Shown piece after piece: positions 1 to 11,829 of a stretch of 64,000 bases of DNA; position 1 is the stretch's first letter, and every line of letters begins with the position of its first letter. The DNA is from Raillietiella orientalis (Eukaryota). The notes beneath the pieces were generated by a model. It did no database searches. It was given only the letters and a program-made list of their open reading frames with translations, and had not been told where the DNA came from. A program made the position numbers and the translations under genes. The stretch lies in the NCBI GenBank assembly GCA_036172245.1, contig JAYWIR010000016.1, forward strand, positions 1,364,001 through 1,428,000, written 5' to 3'.

Positions 1-1078
1 CCGAGTTTGGCAAAACGCCCCGCGAGGGTGTTTATGCCCCTCTTCTGAACAGCGGCGCGGCGGGAAGACCGGCGTCAGGGAGGCGCGACTTACACGGGTG
101 GGACAGGCGCTCCGATCACGCACGGGCTCTGCAGGACGTCATCGTGCAGTCCACCACGTGTGCGTGGGAGCAAAGAACCTCCCTAGCCACGACACTGACC
201 TCTCTCACGGAGCACCTGGGCAGTAACCAGCCGGCCAAATGGGAGGTCCGATGTAAGATCGGTGCAAGAGCGAAGGAATTAGGTGGTTGGACCACGGACC
301 AGCTCACGGACGCTGCGGCCCCAAGTGCCCCATCGAAAGGACTATTGCGCTGGGGTGAACTTCTGGGAATCCTACAAGAAGACCTTGAGTGGCTCCCAGC
401 GCTGAAGCACAACCGGGCCCTCCCCTTGAAGTGACACGAATCAGCACTTTTGCTGCTGCATTGGGACCTCCCGTGCTACGCCCGCCGGTCTCACTTGAAC
501 CGGGGGCTCTGGACCCCAACTGCTGCAAGTGCAGGCAACGGAAATCCTCCCGCATGTGCTTGTACACTGTGTTGCCCTCCGGCCCCTGTGGTTGCGTTAC
601 GCAACGGCCCTTGGTGCACTAACAGACAATCCCAGATACGTGATGATGCGCCTCTTCGTGCGCGCGATGTCCTTTCGCCTGTCGCTTCTCTAGAAGCTGT
701 TTGCTACCTACACGGGATTCTGGCAGCGGCCTACGCGAGAGGAGGATGGCGCGATAGGGACTCCATCTTCTCCCTGCACTTCATGAGGACGGCAGCAAGA
801 TGGCTCCACCTGGGACATACTTGGATGGAACTTGCCGGCATTCTGGAAAGGATGCAGAGGACACCTTCCAGCTCCCGGTGATCCCATCCCTAACCCTCCC
901 AATTTTTTTGTATACATTTTTTTATTTTATTTTTGCTTGCTCCCTCCCCTCCGCTGTCGAGGCGAATCTCGCCGGCCTGCCTGCCGGTTACTCGAGCATT
1001 TTCTGATAGTGTGGGACCGATGGTCCTACACATGTGTGTTTATTTTTTATGATAAGCGTCCCGGAGTGACTGGGTGAT
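1..1078 (+). mobile_element. L1/Tx1-like LINE, family A, 3' fragment (degenerate ORF2 C-terminus and 3' UTR)
   Basis: A frameshifted CCHC finger reads DPNCCKCRQR(fs)EILPHVLVHCVALRPLW at about 512-595. The ORF ends WLHLG..ELAGILERMQR with a stop at 879-881. A T-rich tract, stem-loop and terminal hairpin follow. Homologous to copies at 10.5, 15.4, 56.4, 58 and 62-63 kb. Confidence 0.8.
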
Positions 1079-3014
1079 AAACCACGCGCGGATGAAGCAA
1101 GTCTCACAAGCATCCATTGAACCGAGGAGGAGCAGCCCCGCGTTGCCGTCCCAGGTTCTTCGGGCGGCGGCAACCAAGGTCGCACGTACCAAGGCCAACC
1201 AAGGTCGGCGCAGTCTTCTCGCTGCAATCCTGAAGATGGCCAAATGACCAGTAAGGCTCAGCGGCTCCAGACTCCTTCCGAACCCGCAGTCTCCGGCTGC
1301 AGCGAGTGCATCACGTGTGGACCACCCGGCCGCATCCCTGCTGTGACATCCAGTTGCATCGATGTAACAATCAGCAGTAATCATTAGTTCTATTATTACC
1401 ATTTTCTATTTCGCTCGACATAGGTGGCGCACGCTAGCGTGCAAAGGGATGCACCGGATTGGGTTGTCAAAACATAACAGCCTCGTTGATGACGCCAAGA
1501 GTTCATCTTAAATGCAGTAGGAGCGGTGGCTGTAGTAATAATGATAAATTATTCGTGAACGCTCCCTTTGCGAAGGCGGAACTTCTCCCACACCCATGGG
1601 ACGTGTCGAAAAGGAGCTGACTGGCACACCGTCCGACGGCTCCACTCCAGTGAAACCGTCCATGGCAACGCTCGATCCGTCCCGCGAAACAGGAGGTGCC
1701 GTGGCGCGTGCGCCGTGGCAACCGCACGCCGTTTCGTCTCGTTACGGAGGTTCGCAAGAGCAGTCGCTCCGTAACCCCCCGGCAAGCTCCCGTGACCGGA
1801 GCTGTCCGTCGACGAGGGAAGCTGCCGCAGCTCGGCTCCCGTCCGAAGTGCCGAGCTGGCAGAGCGGAAAGCTTTCGTAAGAGAAGGGAAACGGGGCTTG
1901 GATCGAGACTCGCTTCGGTACGGGAGAAGCTTTTCCACCCCTTCCCTCCTCCCCGATGGCGGCATGGGATCCCATGGGCAGAGGAGCGCCTTTGGCCGTC
2001 ATGCCAGCATCCTTGCCGGTGACCCCGTCTGGATCTCCCACTGCCGGGTGAGACCTCCCCAGGGAGACCCCCTTCCGTCTGAGAGTCCTCTGTGGAGAAT
2101 TCCCGTCTTCATGAATTTTTGCTGCCCGCAGTGGGCCGCTGCGTTCCATTTCGCCCCTACGCAAGAGCGGCAGACACTCCAGAGAGCTGCAGTTGCCGTG
2201 GTAGCCTGACTGAAGGGTAGCACTTGTCCGCTCGCCGCGCGTCCGGCCGCGCCATGCGCAGATGCGCAGCCCCGGGACGAAATCCTAGCAAGCTGGCCAC
2301 GCAGGACTTGTGGGAGTGGCGGTTGCTGCACGTCTTCGGCGCCATCGGCCCGTTTTCCGTCCTCTCACGCTAGTGAGTGGGGGAGGGAAGCAGGGGCATC
2401 CCATCTGGAGGAGGCCTTGCGACGCCAAGAAGACGTCGAGAGGTCAGATCGATCGTTGAGCTCTCCAGACCTTCTCAGGGAGCGACCAGTCGAGGAAGGG
2501 GGGCAGAAAGGACGAGCGCTCGGTGAGCAGACGTCCCGGGGTGCCCCGCACCTTCACACTCTCTGGGGGCGACGGAGCTGTTGCCCTGCCGCGCTCCCCT
2601 GCTTCCTCCCCTTCCCGAGTCCCCCGAAAGGGGAGGAGATGCTGACGGCTGAAAGGGGAAGAAAGCCGGCGGCTCATCTGCGACCCTCTGTGGCCGTTCC
2701 CTCGGAAACGCAAGCGCGTGCCGCGGAGAACGAGACTCTCCATGAATAGAAGGGAAGGGATGGGGGCGCGTTCCTCACCGGAACGGTAGGATTTCCTCCC
2801 CACCCACATGTCCGCATTTCCTTGAGGCTGCCGTCGGGACCGAGGGACCCCCTGCCGCTGGGTAAGCGACGTCCCCCTTGCCTCTCCCCGATCCTTCGCA
2901 TTTTCGGCCTTCCCCTCGTCGCGTCTGCTTTTCTTCTTGCCCCCTTTGTTGCGCGCGGCAGGTGGCGAGCTCGCTGCGAGGGACGTCCTCCCCCTCGCTG
3001 CCTCGTCGAGCAAG

Positions 3015-3135
3015 GGGGGGAGGGAAGAACTCGATGGTCTCCAGAAATACCCAGAGGAGCATCTATGGCGGCGGCATCGAGAAGCTCGAAAGGGTCCTCC
3101 TCCTTCCCCTCCTGCTCCCTTTTCCCTCCCTTTTC
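3015..3135 (+). repeat. Dispersed repeat; inverted copy at about 6130-6255
   Basis: aactcgatggtctccagaaatacccagaggag...ggcatcgagaagctcgaaaggg matches the reverse complement of 6170-6242 almost exactly. Probably a LINE fragment (ORF end followed by a pyrimidine tract). Confidence 0.75.
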
Positions 3136-4424
3136 TTCTCCCCTCCCCCTCCCTACCCGCTCTGCTCGCTTTTTTCTTGGGAAGGAGCGTCCGGAAGGAC
3201 TGGCGCGCTGGCGGCGCCGCTCCTTCAGGAAGAGAGCGGGCGCCGAAGCTGGCGTGGGAGGAGCAGGCGTCCCTGGTCCATGCCGCGGTACTGCAGGCGG
3301 ATTGCCGGGGCTCACGGAAGTGTGGACATGACCCGCAGGAACTGCTGCATTCCCGGAACGCCTCCGAGAGTCCTCCAGGAAGACGAGACAAAGGGGACTG
3401 CCCGCGGCCTTACTGTCTGCCGAAATGAGGAGGGAACAGCAAGGGGACCGTTCCTCCAGCGGTCGGGGAAGAACGCTCCGGAAGTCTGCGGGATGCTCTC
3501 CTCGCGCTCTCCTGTGCCTGCGCAGGAGGCGAGAAGCTCAGAGGGAGCAAAGGGAGGTGAGGCGCCGCGAGGGAGACCGCTGCCTTGGCCTCCTCGCGGA
3601 GGAGGCGGAGGCACACCCTCAGACCCGCCACCCCTGTTCCGCACGACTGTGAAGCCCCGAACCGCAGGGGGCTCGCGGCTTCCGCAGCGGAAGTGGCTTC
3701 GCCGAAACGCGGTACCTTGTCCTTCCGTGACCTTCTCCCGGGAGCATCCGCAACCCGGCGGGCTCCCTCCTTCCTCGAACCCCCACTGTGCGCCGAGTCC
3801 GGCGCTCTTGTGGGACAGAGAGCCACCGATATCCGGGGAGAGGCGGAGTCACGATCCTGGTCCGTTGTCATCTTCCCCCCCCCCCTTCCCCCTGTGACCA
3901 CCACGCTCGCGCGCGCCGAACTCTCTCCCTTCCGGCGCCCTCCTTCAAGGAGACCTCTTCCTCCCTAAGTTCCCGTCTCTGCCCCTCGGAACCTGAGGCG
4001 GGTCCAGGAACCTCCTACAGAGAAGCCCACCGGGAGGAAGGAAACCCGCGGGAGGGCGGGCAGGTCCTCTTCGGGCCCGTCGGAGGGAAATGTCAGGTCC
4101 CGGAGGAGCCTCCCTCAGGCAACGGGATGTCACCTCTGCTTCCTCCTTGGTTCCCGCAAAGTCCAGGAGGAAGGAGAACGGAGAGCGGCCGGGGTTTCCG
4201 TCGTGGGGCTGCCCACACGTCGCCCTGAGTCAGTCAATCGGGTAGGAGAAATTCCGGGAAGAAAGGACACTCGTGCCCTTCGAGTCGTTAGGGGAGGGAC
4301 TGGGTCGCTTCCGAGGCCGCGCAGAGGAGGAAGGACCTCGAGTGACATCTCAGAAGGGTAGGGATGGAGTGGTCGTGCCCTCCTCCCGAAGCGATGGCCA
4401 CGGGGTGCAAGCAGAGAGATGGCG

Positions 4425-4530
4425 CGCCCCAGGCCCTCTTCCCGGGTTCGACAGGAGGAAACATCCGACGCACATCCCTGGACAGCCCGCTGGAGCACAG
4501 AGTGTGCTCTTCCTGTTTTTTTTTTTTCCC
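4425..4530 (+). repeat. Dispersed repeat; inverted homologue at about 7330-7430
   Basis: Aligns by eye with the reverse complement of 7335-7425 (cgca[c/t]atccct...gctgga.ca...gtgctctt followed by a T tract). Confidence 0.5.
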
Positions 4531-4674
4531 CAAGGAGCGTGTGAAGCTGCCCGCTCCGAGGAGAGACAGTGAGAGGAGAAGGGGGTAGTGTGGATGCTGG
4601 ATGCAGGCAAGAGGGCCAGGGCCGCGGCCCCGGGGAAGAGGGACGAGGTCGCTAGCAGTGGTAGGGCCAAGGCG

Positions 4675-4835
4675 CGACCGCACCGGAGGAACCTGGCAAC
4701 CGTGCAGCGAGCCACTCCTCCTCCCTCCCTTTCCTTTCTCCCAGACAGGATGCTTTAGCCCCAATATCCAGAGTTGGGAGCACCTTGGAAGAGGGTGCGA
4801 GCCCCGCGGGAGGAACTCACCCGTCACCTCTGTCT
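4675..4835. repeat. Dispersed repeat; direct homologue at about 8570-8660
   Basis: Shared gcaccggaggaacctgg[c/t]aacc[g/c]tgcagc core and downstream tcacc...tttcccc-like segment. Confidence 0.6.
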
Positions 4836-6119
4836 CGCCCCAAGGAGGATGGCCGGGTGCCCTAGGACGGATGGGAGGGACGCCCTGGGCATTGCCCACC
4901 AACTGTCTCCAGGGGGCCTAGCAGAGCACCAGTCCGAAGCGCCCACCTCCATCCCTGCCTCTGCTCCTGGAAGGAATGGCAGCTCCCGCCACTGCCACCA
5001 TTGATCGAGGGCCGGGGGATAGGCAGATCGCACTCTAAGCACAGAAGAGGAAAGAGACGGGAGACTTCCAAGGGAAGGAGGAGGGAGTTGGGGGTCTCCC
5101 CCTCCACGACTGCCCTGATTGATCTGGGCTTTCCAGGCGCGAAAAGGGAAACCCAGTAGGCTCAGTCTACGTCCGGGAGAAGGGAGGTCAACTTCTTCCA
5201 GAATTCTTCCCCTCCCCTCCTTCATTATCTTCCGTCCCGCCCTCCAACTGTATTTTTTTTCCCCTGTCCTAACGCCCTCCTTTCGTCCTTCGGAGAAGCT
5301 CCCTCCGTCTCCCCAGGCAACGGGACTCTTCAGAATGGATGACCTTCGAACGGTTCCCGCCGAGCTCTCCGTGAAGGGAAAAAAGGCTCTCCTTCCGCGA
5401 CCTCGCCCTCTCATCCTCCCTCCATTTCCTTCGCCGTCCTTCCGGGACCGCCTCTGGCGATGATTGGGGGATCCACACCCGGGTTTTTGAGGGAGGAGAA
5501 GGGCGAGTCTCTCGGTTGCCACCCCACCCAGGATAGGGTATTGGTTAGGGGCAAGCCACCGCGTCCAGGCGCGCACCCATGAAATGCCTTTCCGACTCCT
5601 ACCCCTCCCCCCCCCCTCTTCATCCCTTATATGCCCTTCTCCGCCTTCTCTTCCGAGCAGAAACAGCACTACGATGCTCCAGTCAGTTCCACCCCTCCCC
5701 TGCCAGCTGACCGCTGCTGGCGTTCCTGTTGCCTGGATACCCCGTCGTGCTTGCGTGCTCCGACCAGAGCGCCCGCGTCCGCGAGGGCATCGGCCCTCGC
5801 CGGATCGCTCGCTTGGGGGCGTGGCGGTCGCTTCCGGAACGCTCGCCTCCATCTCCCGGGATCCTTGCTCTGCAAGGGTTCGAGGAATCCCCGACCGATC
5901 GGGAGGAGGACAGCAGGAGCTCGACGGGCATCCGAGGGGAGGTTGCCCTGCAGGCTCCGGAAGCGATGACTCTCCCGCGCGAGGAACCCGTTCCTGGAAG
6001 GGGAGGGGAACTCGACGTGTCCACCCAGGAATCAGCTCGAAGGGAAGGGCAATTAGGACGAGGGGGGGCAAGGGTCCAAGGAGAAGGGGGTCTCCGGAAC
6101 CCAACAGGATCCGCAGGCC

Positions 6120-6260
6120 ACAGGGAGGGGGACAAAAAAAGGGAGGGAAAAGGGAGCAGGAGGGAAGGCAGAGGGCCCTTTCGAGCTTCTCGATGCCGCT
6201 GCCATTGATACTCCTCTGGGTATTTCTGGAGACCATCGAGTTCCCCTCCTCCTCCCGACA
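6120..6260 (-). repeat. Inverted copy of the 3015-3135 repeat
   Basis: Both copies translate NSMVSRNTQRSI.G.GIEKLER in the supplied ORF track. Confidence 0.75.
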
Positions 6261-6436
6261 AGGCGGCACAAGAGGCGGACGCCCCTCGAGGCAGGAGACT
6301 CCAGGCCACGGTCTCCAGCTTGGCGCGGGCCCTCGCGTACTCTCTCTCTTTGGTTTGGCGCATGTGTCCGCGCCTTCCTCGTGTGAAAGGGAGAGCAGAG
6401 CGCGTCGTACGGGTGCTCCTGAGTTGCCCCGCCCAC

Positions 6437-6990
6437 CTCCACCTGCCTCTCCAGGGCACTGATTTACAAATAAACTGACAGGATGAGAACTCCGTTCCCG
6501 AGAGGAACAAAAGTAGCTTCTTCGGGAATGACCACCAGCAAGCGGGCCGGCTTCCAGGGAAGTCCGGAGCGGGAGGAAGGAGACAATAAATAAATGAAAA
6601 AGAAAGATAGAGAAAGGAGGTTGGGGACGGGGATGGGAGGGATCCTTTGGTTTAAGCCACTGTTTTCCTTCCCAAAACCGGCGCTGAACGACGGCAACCT
6701 CCCTGGAGAATTCTCGCTCCGGGCGAAGCCACCTGCAGCCATGCGGGTGGGCGGCGGGGATGGGCGCGCGGACGTGGCATCCACGGCGCCTCCCGGGAGA
6801 GGAGTCAGCCGCGCGCGAAGAATCGCCGCCGCAGCAGTGAGTACACTGAGGCGTCCTCTGGGCTCAGGAGTGACCGTAAACGTCCTCTGCCGCATGTCCT
6901 CGAGGGTGCTGCATTCCAAGAGCTGGGGGACGCCCCTCCCCCGGAAACCAGGCACCTGCACTGTTTGCACTGGAAACCCTAGCGCGGAAA
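6437..6990 (-). mobile_element. L1/Tx1-like LINE, divergent family B, 3' fragment
   Basis: The minus strand reads CKQC...(fs)QLLEC, which is CCHC-like. It is followed by a T-rich tract, the inner hairpin ccggc-ccgctt-gctgg and the terminal motif gtgccctggagaggcaggtg, matching the family A 3' architecture. Confidence 0.55.
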
Positions 6991-9900
6991 GGAGCAGAAC
7001 ACCTCAAGGGGAACATTTAAGAACACCGTTAGTGTCCGGACACAAAGGGGGGGACCGCTATTCTTCAGGGAAAAAATCACGGCGTCCACCAGGGCTGCAT
7101 CCTTCCTACATCCGACTGCTGCATCCACCGCCTGCAGCCTCCATCGGCCGCAGCTCATCCTGCGTCGGTGGCTTCGTTCTTCCCTTGTCGCTCTTCTCGC
7201 CCTCTTCCTTCCCCCTCTCCTTCCCCTCCCTCCCTTCAGCAGGAGAAGAAAAGTCTCAGGGGATGAGTCCTCCTTCCGAGTCGCCTTGCTGCCTATCTCC
7301 AGAGCGAGCAGCTCCAGACGATTCCCGGAGAAAGGAAAAAATTACAAGAGCACCCTCCATGTTCCAGCACATTGCAGAGGGATATGCGCCAATGCTTCTT
7401 GCGGACCCGGAAGGAGGACCTGCGACCTCAGGGCATTATGAAGGCATCGCACAACCATCAGACATTTTTCCTTCGGAAGAACGTCTCGTCTTCTTCCAGC
7501 AGTCCCGGACAACGGGACAGAAGGCCACCCAAACAGAGGACCATCTCCAGAAGGTCACCTGCACGCGAGCCGCCCCGGCGCAGGAAGGCCTCGGATGCTG
7601 GGAACCAGGAGCATCCGATCTGCCAACCTCGGCGCCCCATTTTGATGACGCAACCACTGCCACAGATGCACGCGGGTCCTGACCGATGTTTTCCTGAACC
7701 AGCAGCGGGAATTCATCCCTCAGGGCGCATCTCAGCTCCAGCCTTTCGGCTCCTAGCCTGATCCGTCAGAACGGCCGATCGCGGCGCAGCAAGCGGCACG
7801 GGAAGCGAGCGGGCGAAGTGGGTGGACGTGAAGGATGAGGCGTGGTGCATCAAAGGTGAGGAGGAAGAAGGGAGGGGAGAAGGAGTTGCGCCGCGCCCCT
7901 CCTCTGCCCGTGGAAGTCTCACTCTGCTCTCACCCGGCAGTGGCAACATTGGCTCCTGTGGACCCTCCATGGGCCTTCAGCTCCCGCCAAGCGCTGACCG
8001 CTCCGCGGCTTCCCCGCAGTCGTCTCCGGGCCGAGGCGCGTCACGCTCGTGGTTTGCGGCTTGCGCGAGCTTCGCTTCTCCGTGGGGGAGAGAGGGGGGA
8101 GGGGCTCTCCATTGTTCTCGCTCTTCTTGAGACAAAAGAACTCGGTTTCTCCCGAGCAAACCAGGCGCCTCCGAGCTGCCGACGACGAAAACAAGACCCG
8201 AAGACAAAAGGCGCCAGGCACCCATGTCGGCGAGAGGAGCAGGAGAGGTGAGAGGGCGAACGTCACTCATTCCGCGGGCACACCGAGATGACCAGAACGT
8301 CGTCGTTCTGGTCAACTCCTGCGCACAAGCAGCAGCTCGGGGCGCAGGTGGCTGCCGCTCTTCCGTCCACGAGGTCTCCCTGGGACTAGCGGTGTCCCAG
8401 CCAGATGTGCCGGACCCCGAGATCCGCCCGCGCATCCGGAAGTTCTCATTCCTTTTCCCCCGGAATGCAACTCTCCCTGCTCTTTTTTGTGAGGATCCCG
8501 CCGATGGGGACGGCGCTCTGCTGCGAGCGAAAGGCTCCGATCGGTTCCTTGCGGGCGTCCGGAGCGGGTGCGGCACCGGAGGAACCTGGTAACCCTGCAG
8601 CAACTCTCCTCCCCTTCCCCATTTCACCGTCCCTGTTGCTTCGGTTTCCCCTTCGGGACGGGGACTCCCTTGAGAGGCGGTAGGGCATAATCCGGAGTGC
8701 TGCGGTAAGTTTCCAGGAAGAAACTTCCCGAAGGTCCTGAGGGTCGACCGTCGACGGCCACTTCGAGCAGCTTCGAGCCGCCTCCGAGTTCCGGAACTCC
8801 GCTGGGGAGGAACTCTCCGCGTTCCTCCGGGAAGCAGCGACCGGCTCGGTCGCTCGGAGGGAGAGGAAGAAGAAAAACGAGAGCTCCCGTTCGCGCGGAG
8901 AGAAGTCGGGAGCGAAACGACCAAGCAGCCCTCTCAATCCTCCAGGATGAGGCGCGTCTGTCCCTCTGCCCCCCTCCCCATTCCTTTCCGTGCTCCCAGG
9001 CAGCATCGGACCCGGCGTCCCTCGTTGAGTGGGGAGAGGTCTCCGCGAAGAGGACGGCGCCGATCCTGGTGCGTCTGCCTCCACATCGGCCCTCTGGCGC
9101 CCCGGCTGGGCCGATGCCGGTAGCCCAGTGGAAGGATGTGCGAGACCCTCGTTCCTCCCTCTCTCGACCTGGTACGGCACAGGGTTGCCCACCTTCTCTC
9201 CCCTGCGAGGCTCCTGGATCCTCCTCTCTCGTCTTTGAACGTCCCTCAGCGGTTTCCCGGGCCCAGTTCTTGGGACCCCTGACGGTGCTAGTGACCAGGA
9301 TCGCTTCTGCCCTCCGTGACCTCTGCGTGAGGGTGCCGGGGCTGCCAAACCATGCCTGGCATGGACCCAGCCTCCCTCCTCAACCTACTCCTTCGAGAAA
9401 ACAATCGATTGAGTCCAGAGATGCGGCGCAGCAGCTTTCTGGACCTCCCGGGGAGGAAGGCAAGCCGAACGCCGAGACACCTCCCTTCCGGAGTCAGCTA
9501 CGGCCGGAAGGGGTCAGCGGGAGGGAGGCTGCAGTGGAGATTCCCGGGGTGCGGGAACCTCGAGGGAGGGGTCCCTTCCCCTCCCCTTGTCCCAGGCATG
9601 GGGTCCGTGGGTTCCGACTGGTCAGGGAAAGTAGCCTTCCCACTTCATCCCCCACAGAGCTTCCGCTGGCTGAGCTCTTGTCGACACCCGCCGACCAAAT
9701 CAGGAGTGCCAGATCGCTTCCCTTTTTTCCGGTGGCTGGCGGAGGGGCGGGGTAGGTGGGAGGGTAGGACCGCGGACGGAAAGAGCATCCACGCATCTCA
9801 TTGCGCGCGCGCGCGTGCGAACGGCCGTGGCAGTTGCGCTGCTGCCCAGTGAGGGCTCGAGGCGGAAGAGCAGAGTGCGCGCAAAGGCATGCCCTCGGGG

Positions 9901-10454
9901 CTCTCAACCAGCGACGCGCCGGACCTCTCACTCGCTGGTTCTTCCTACTTGCCACTTCGATCTCCCTAGAGTCTTTGGGACCTGTCGGCGAATCCTCTCT
10001 TCCCGATCAGTCATTTATCAGATCACAGCAAACGAGCGATTCGTCACCGTCGCCGTTTCCCCCGGCGATCCGTGTTCCCCTTGTTGCCCCCCCCCCCTCT
10101 CCCTCAAAAATTGATGACAGTTTGGAGAGCGGTTTCCTGGATCTAAAGAGACGTGTGCTACCGAGTCCCGCTCTCAGTGAGGGGGAAGAAGCAGGAGGGA
10201 GGAGAGGAAGAACTTCCCGTCTCGGGATGTTCGCCTCGTCGGCATCCACCCTCGTATTCCAGGATGCTTGCCTTGCCGGCATCCCGGGGTGCTCCCCGAG
10301 GAAGAAGTTCGCCAAGGGGACGCGCCCCGCGGTGCCACCAAAAAGTCTCCGGAAGGATTCGCACTGTGCGTAGCGCCGCCCGCGTTCCGCTCCGGCGGCC
10401 CCCGGAAGAGGGAGGGGGTGGGTTGATAGATCGTGGGATGCTCCCGCCGCCGTT

Positions 10455-11800
10455 GTCACCCGGGGCGTTTATTATAAACAGGACAACAGATGCAGTACAA
10501 GGCCCCACTACGGTCAACACAACAACGGACCTGCCGGGTCGTCGGTGCGCAGACCGACTTGACTCTCCACGGCAGCGGAGGGGATGAGGGAAAAACAAAA
10601 ACAAAAATAAAACAAAATTAAAAAGAATAATTCTCTGGAGGGTTGGGAAGGGATCACTGTCCGCTTGGTGGAGGGTCCATCCTTTGCAGGATGCCGTCGA
10701 GGTCCTTCCGCATGTTTCCCAGGTGGGACCATCGGGTTGCTATTCGCAGGAAGCGAGCCGCATACTCGATGACGTCCCTATCGTTTGCATCTTCTACTTC
10801 GTCGGATCCACTCCAAGTCGCCACAATACCGCGCTGCTACGGCTGCGGATGGCTGCAGGGCGTCCCGCACGAAGAGGAGCCGAAAAACGTCTCTGGGAGG
10901 GTTGCCAACCGGGATCCCGACGGTCGACCTAAAACGTTCCCAAAGGGGCCGGAGGACAACACAGTCAAGAATCAGATGCAGGAGGGATTCTCTTTCCCTC
11001 GGGGTCGTCCCCGCGTTGCAGGGGAGACCCCAGTGCAACAACAGGAGCGCCGACTCCGGCCACTTTAGGGGGAGGATCCTTGATCTGCATAAAACTGGGG
11101 GCCACTTCAGCTCATCCGTCGGGATGCCGAGCAGCTCGCCCCGTCTCTTTATTCCACGCGGGAGGACACTTCGGGTCGTGGCGTCCGCCAGCTGTCCCAT
11201 GGTCCAAACGCTTAACATCTTCCTTCTGCCTGCAATCTCGCAAGTGACCTGCCACCTCGGCGTCTGGCTAGTGCCAAGTGCCCTCCTCAGGAAAGGCATC
11301 GCCGCAGCTAGGGGGGTCATCTCCATCCGCGTGCTCCTGGCTGGACACTCCAGGACCTTCTGCAGCGAGCAGCGGGATAGGTTGCTCAAAAGCAGGCAGT
11401 TCCCTGCTTCACTTGGCAGTTCACATGCCAACTGTTTCTTCTAGCCATGCGCTAGAGTTGGCGGGGCAACACGTCATCCAGCTGTTCTCCATCTCCAGGG
11501 TGGCTATGCGTCCGAGAAGGAGGCCGCATCTTCTTTTCTTCTTGCCGCGGCACAGAAGATGAGACGCGAGTCCATCCGTTCCGGAGACACAGCGGGCGGG
11601 CCGGCACGCACTAAGGAGTGCTCCAAAACTTTGCTGCGATGACCAGGGTTCGCCATCGCAGCTGAATTTCCATCCGCTCCAGAGTCAGGAGGCCAAGACC
11701 GCCATCCCGGCGCGGAGCGCACAAGTCCATCAAAGGGACTCGGGGCCTCCCTTTGCCCCAAAGGGCGATACGCAGGAGAAAAAAGGCCAGTAGCGACCCC
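10455..11800 (-). mobile_element. L1/Tx1-like LINE, family A, thumb-to-3'-end fragment
   Basis: LWGKGRPRVPLMDLCAPRRDGGLG matches the L1-clade post-RT motif W-x-G-K-x-x-R-V...P-x-x-x-GGLG. Then LLHWGLPC, HLILDCVVLRPLW, RLLFVRDAL, WSHLG and the conserved UTR stem-loop at 10531-10575. Confidence 0.82.
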
Positions 11801-11829
11801 ACGAGGAGATCGTTACTATTGGCCTAGGG

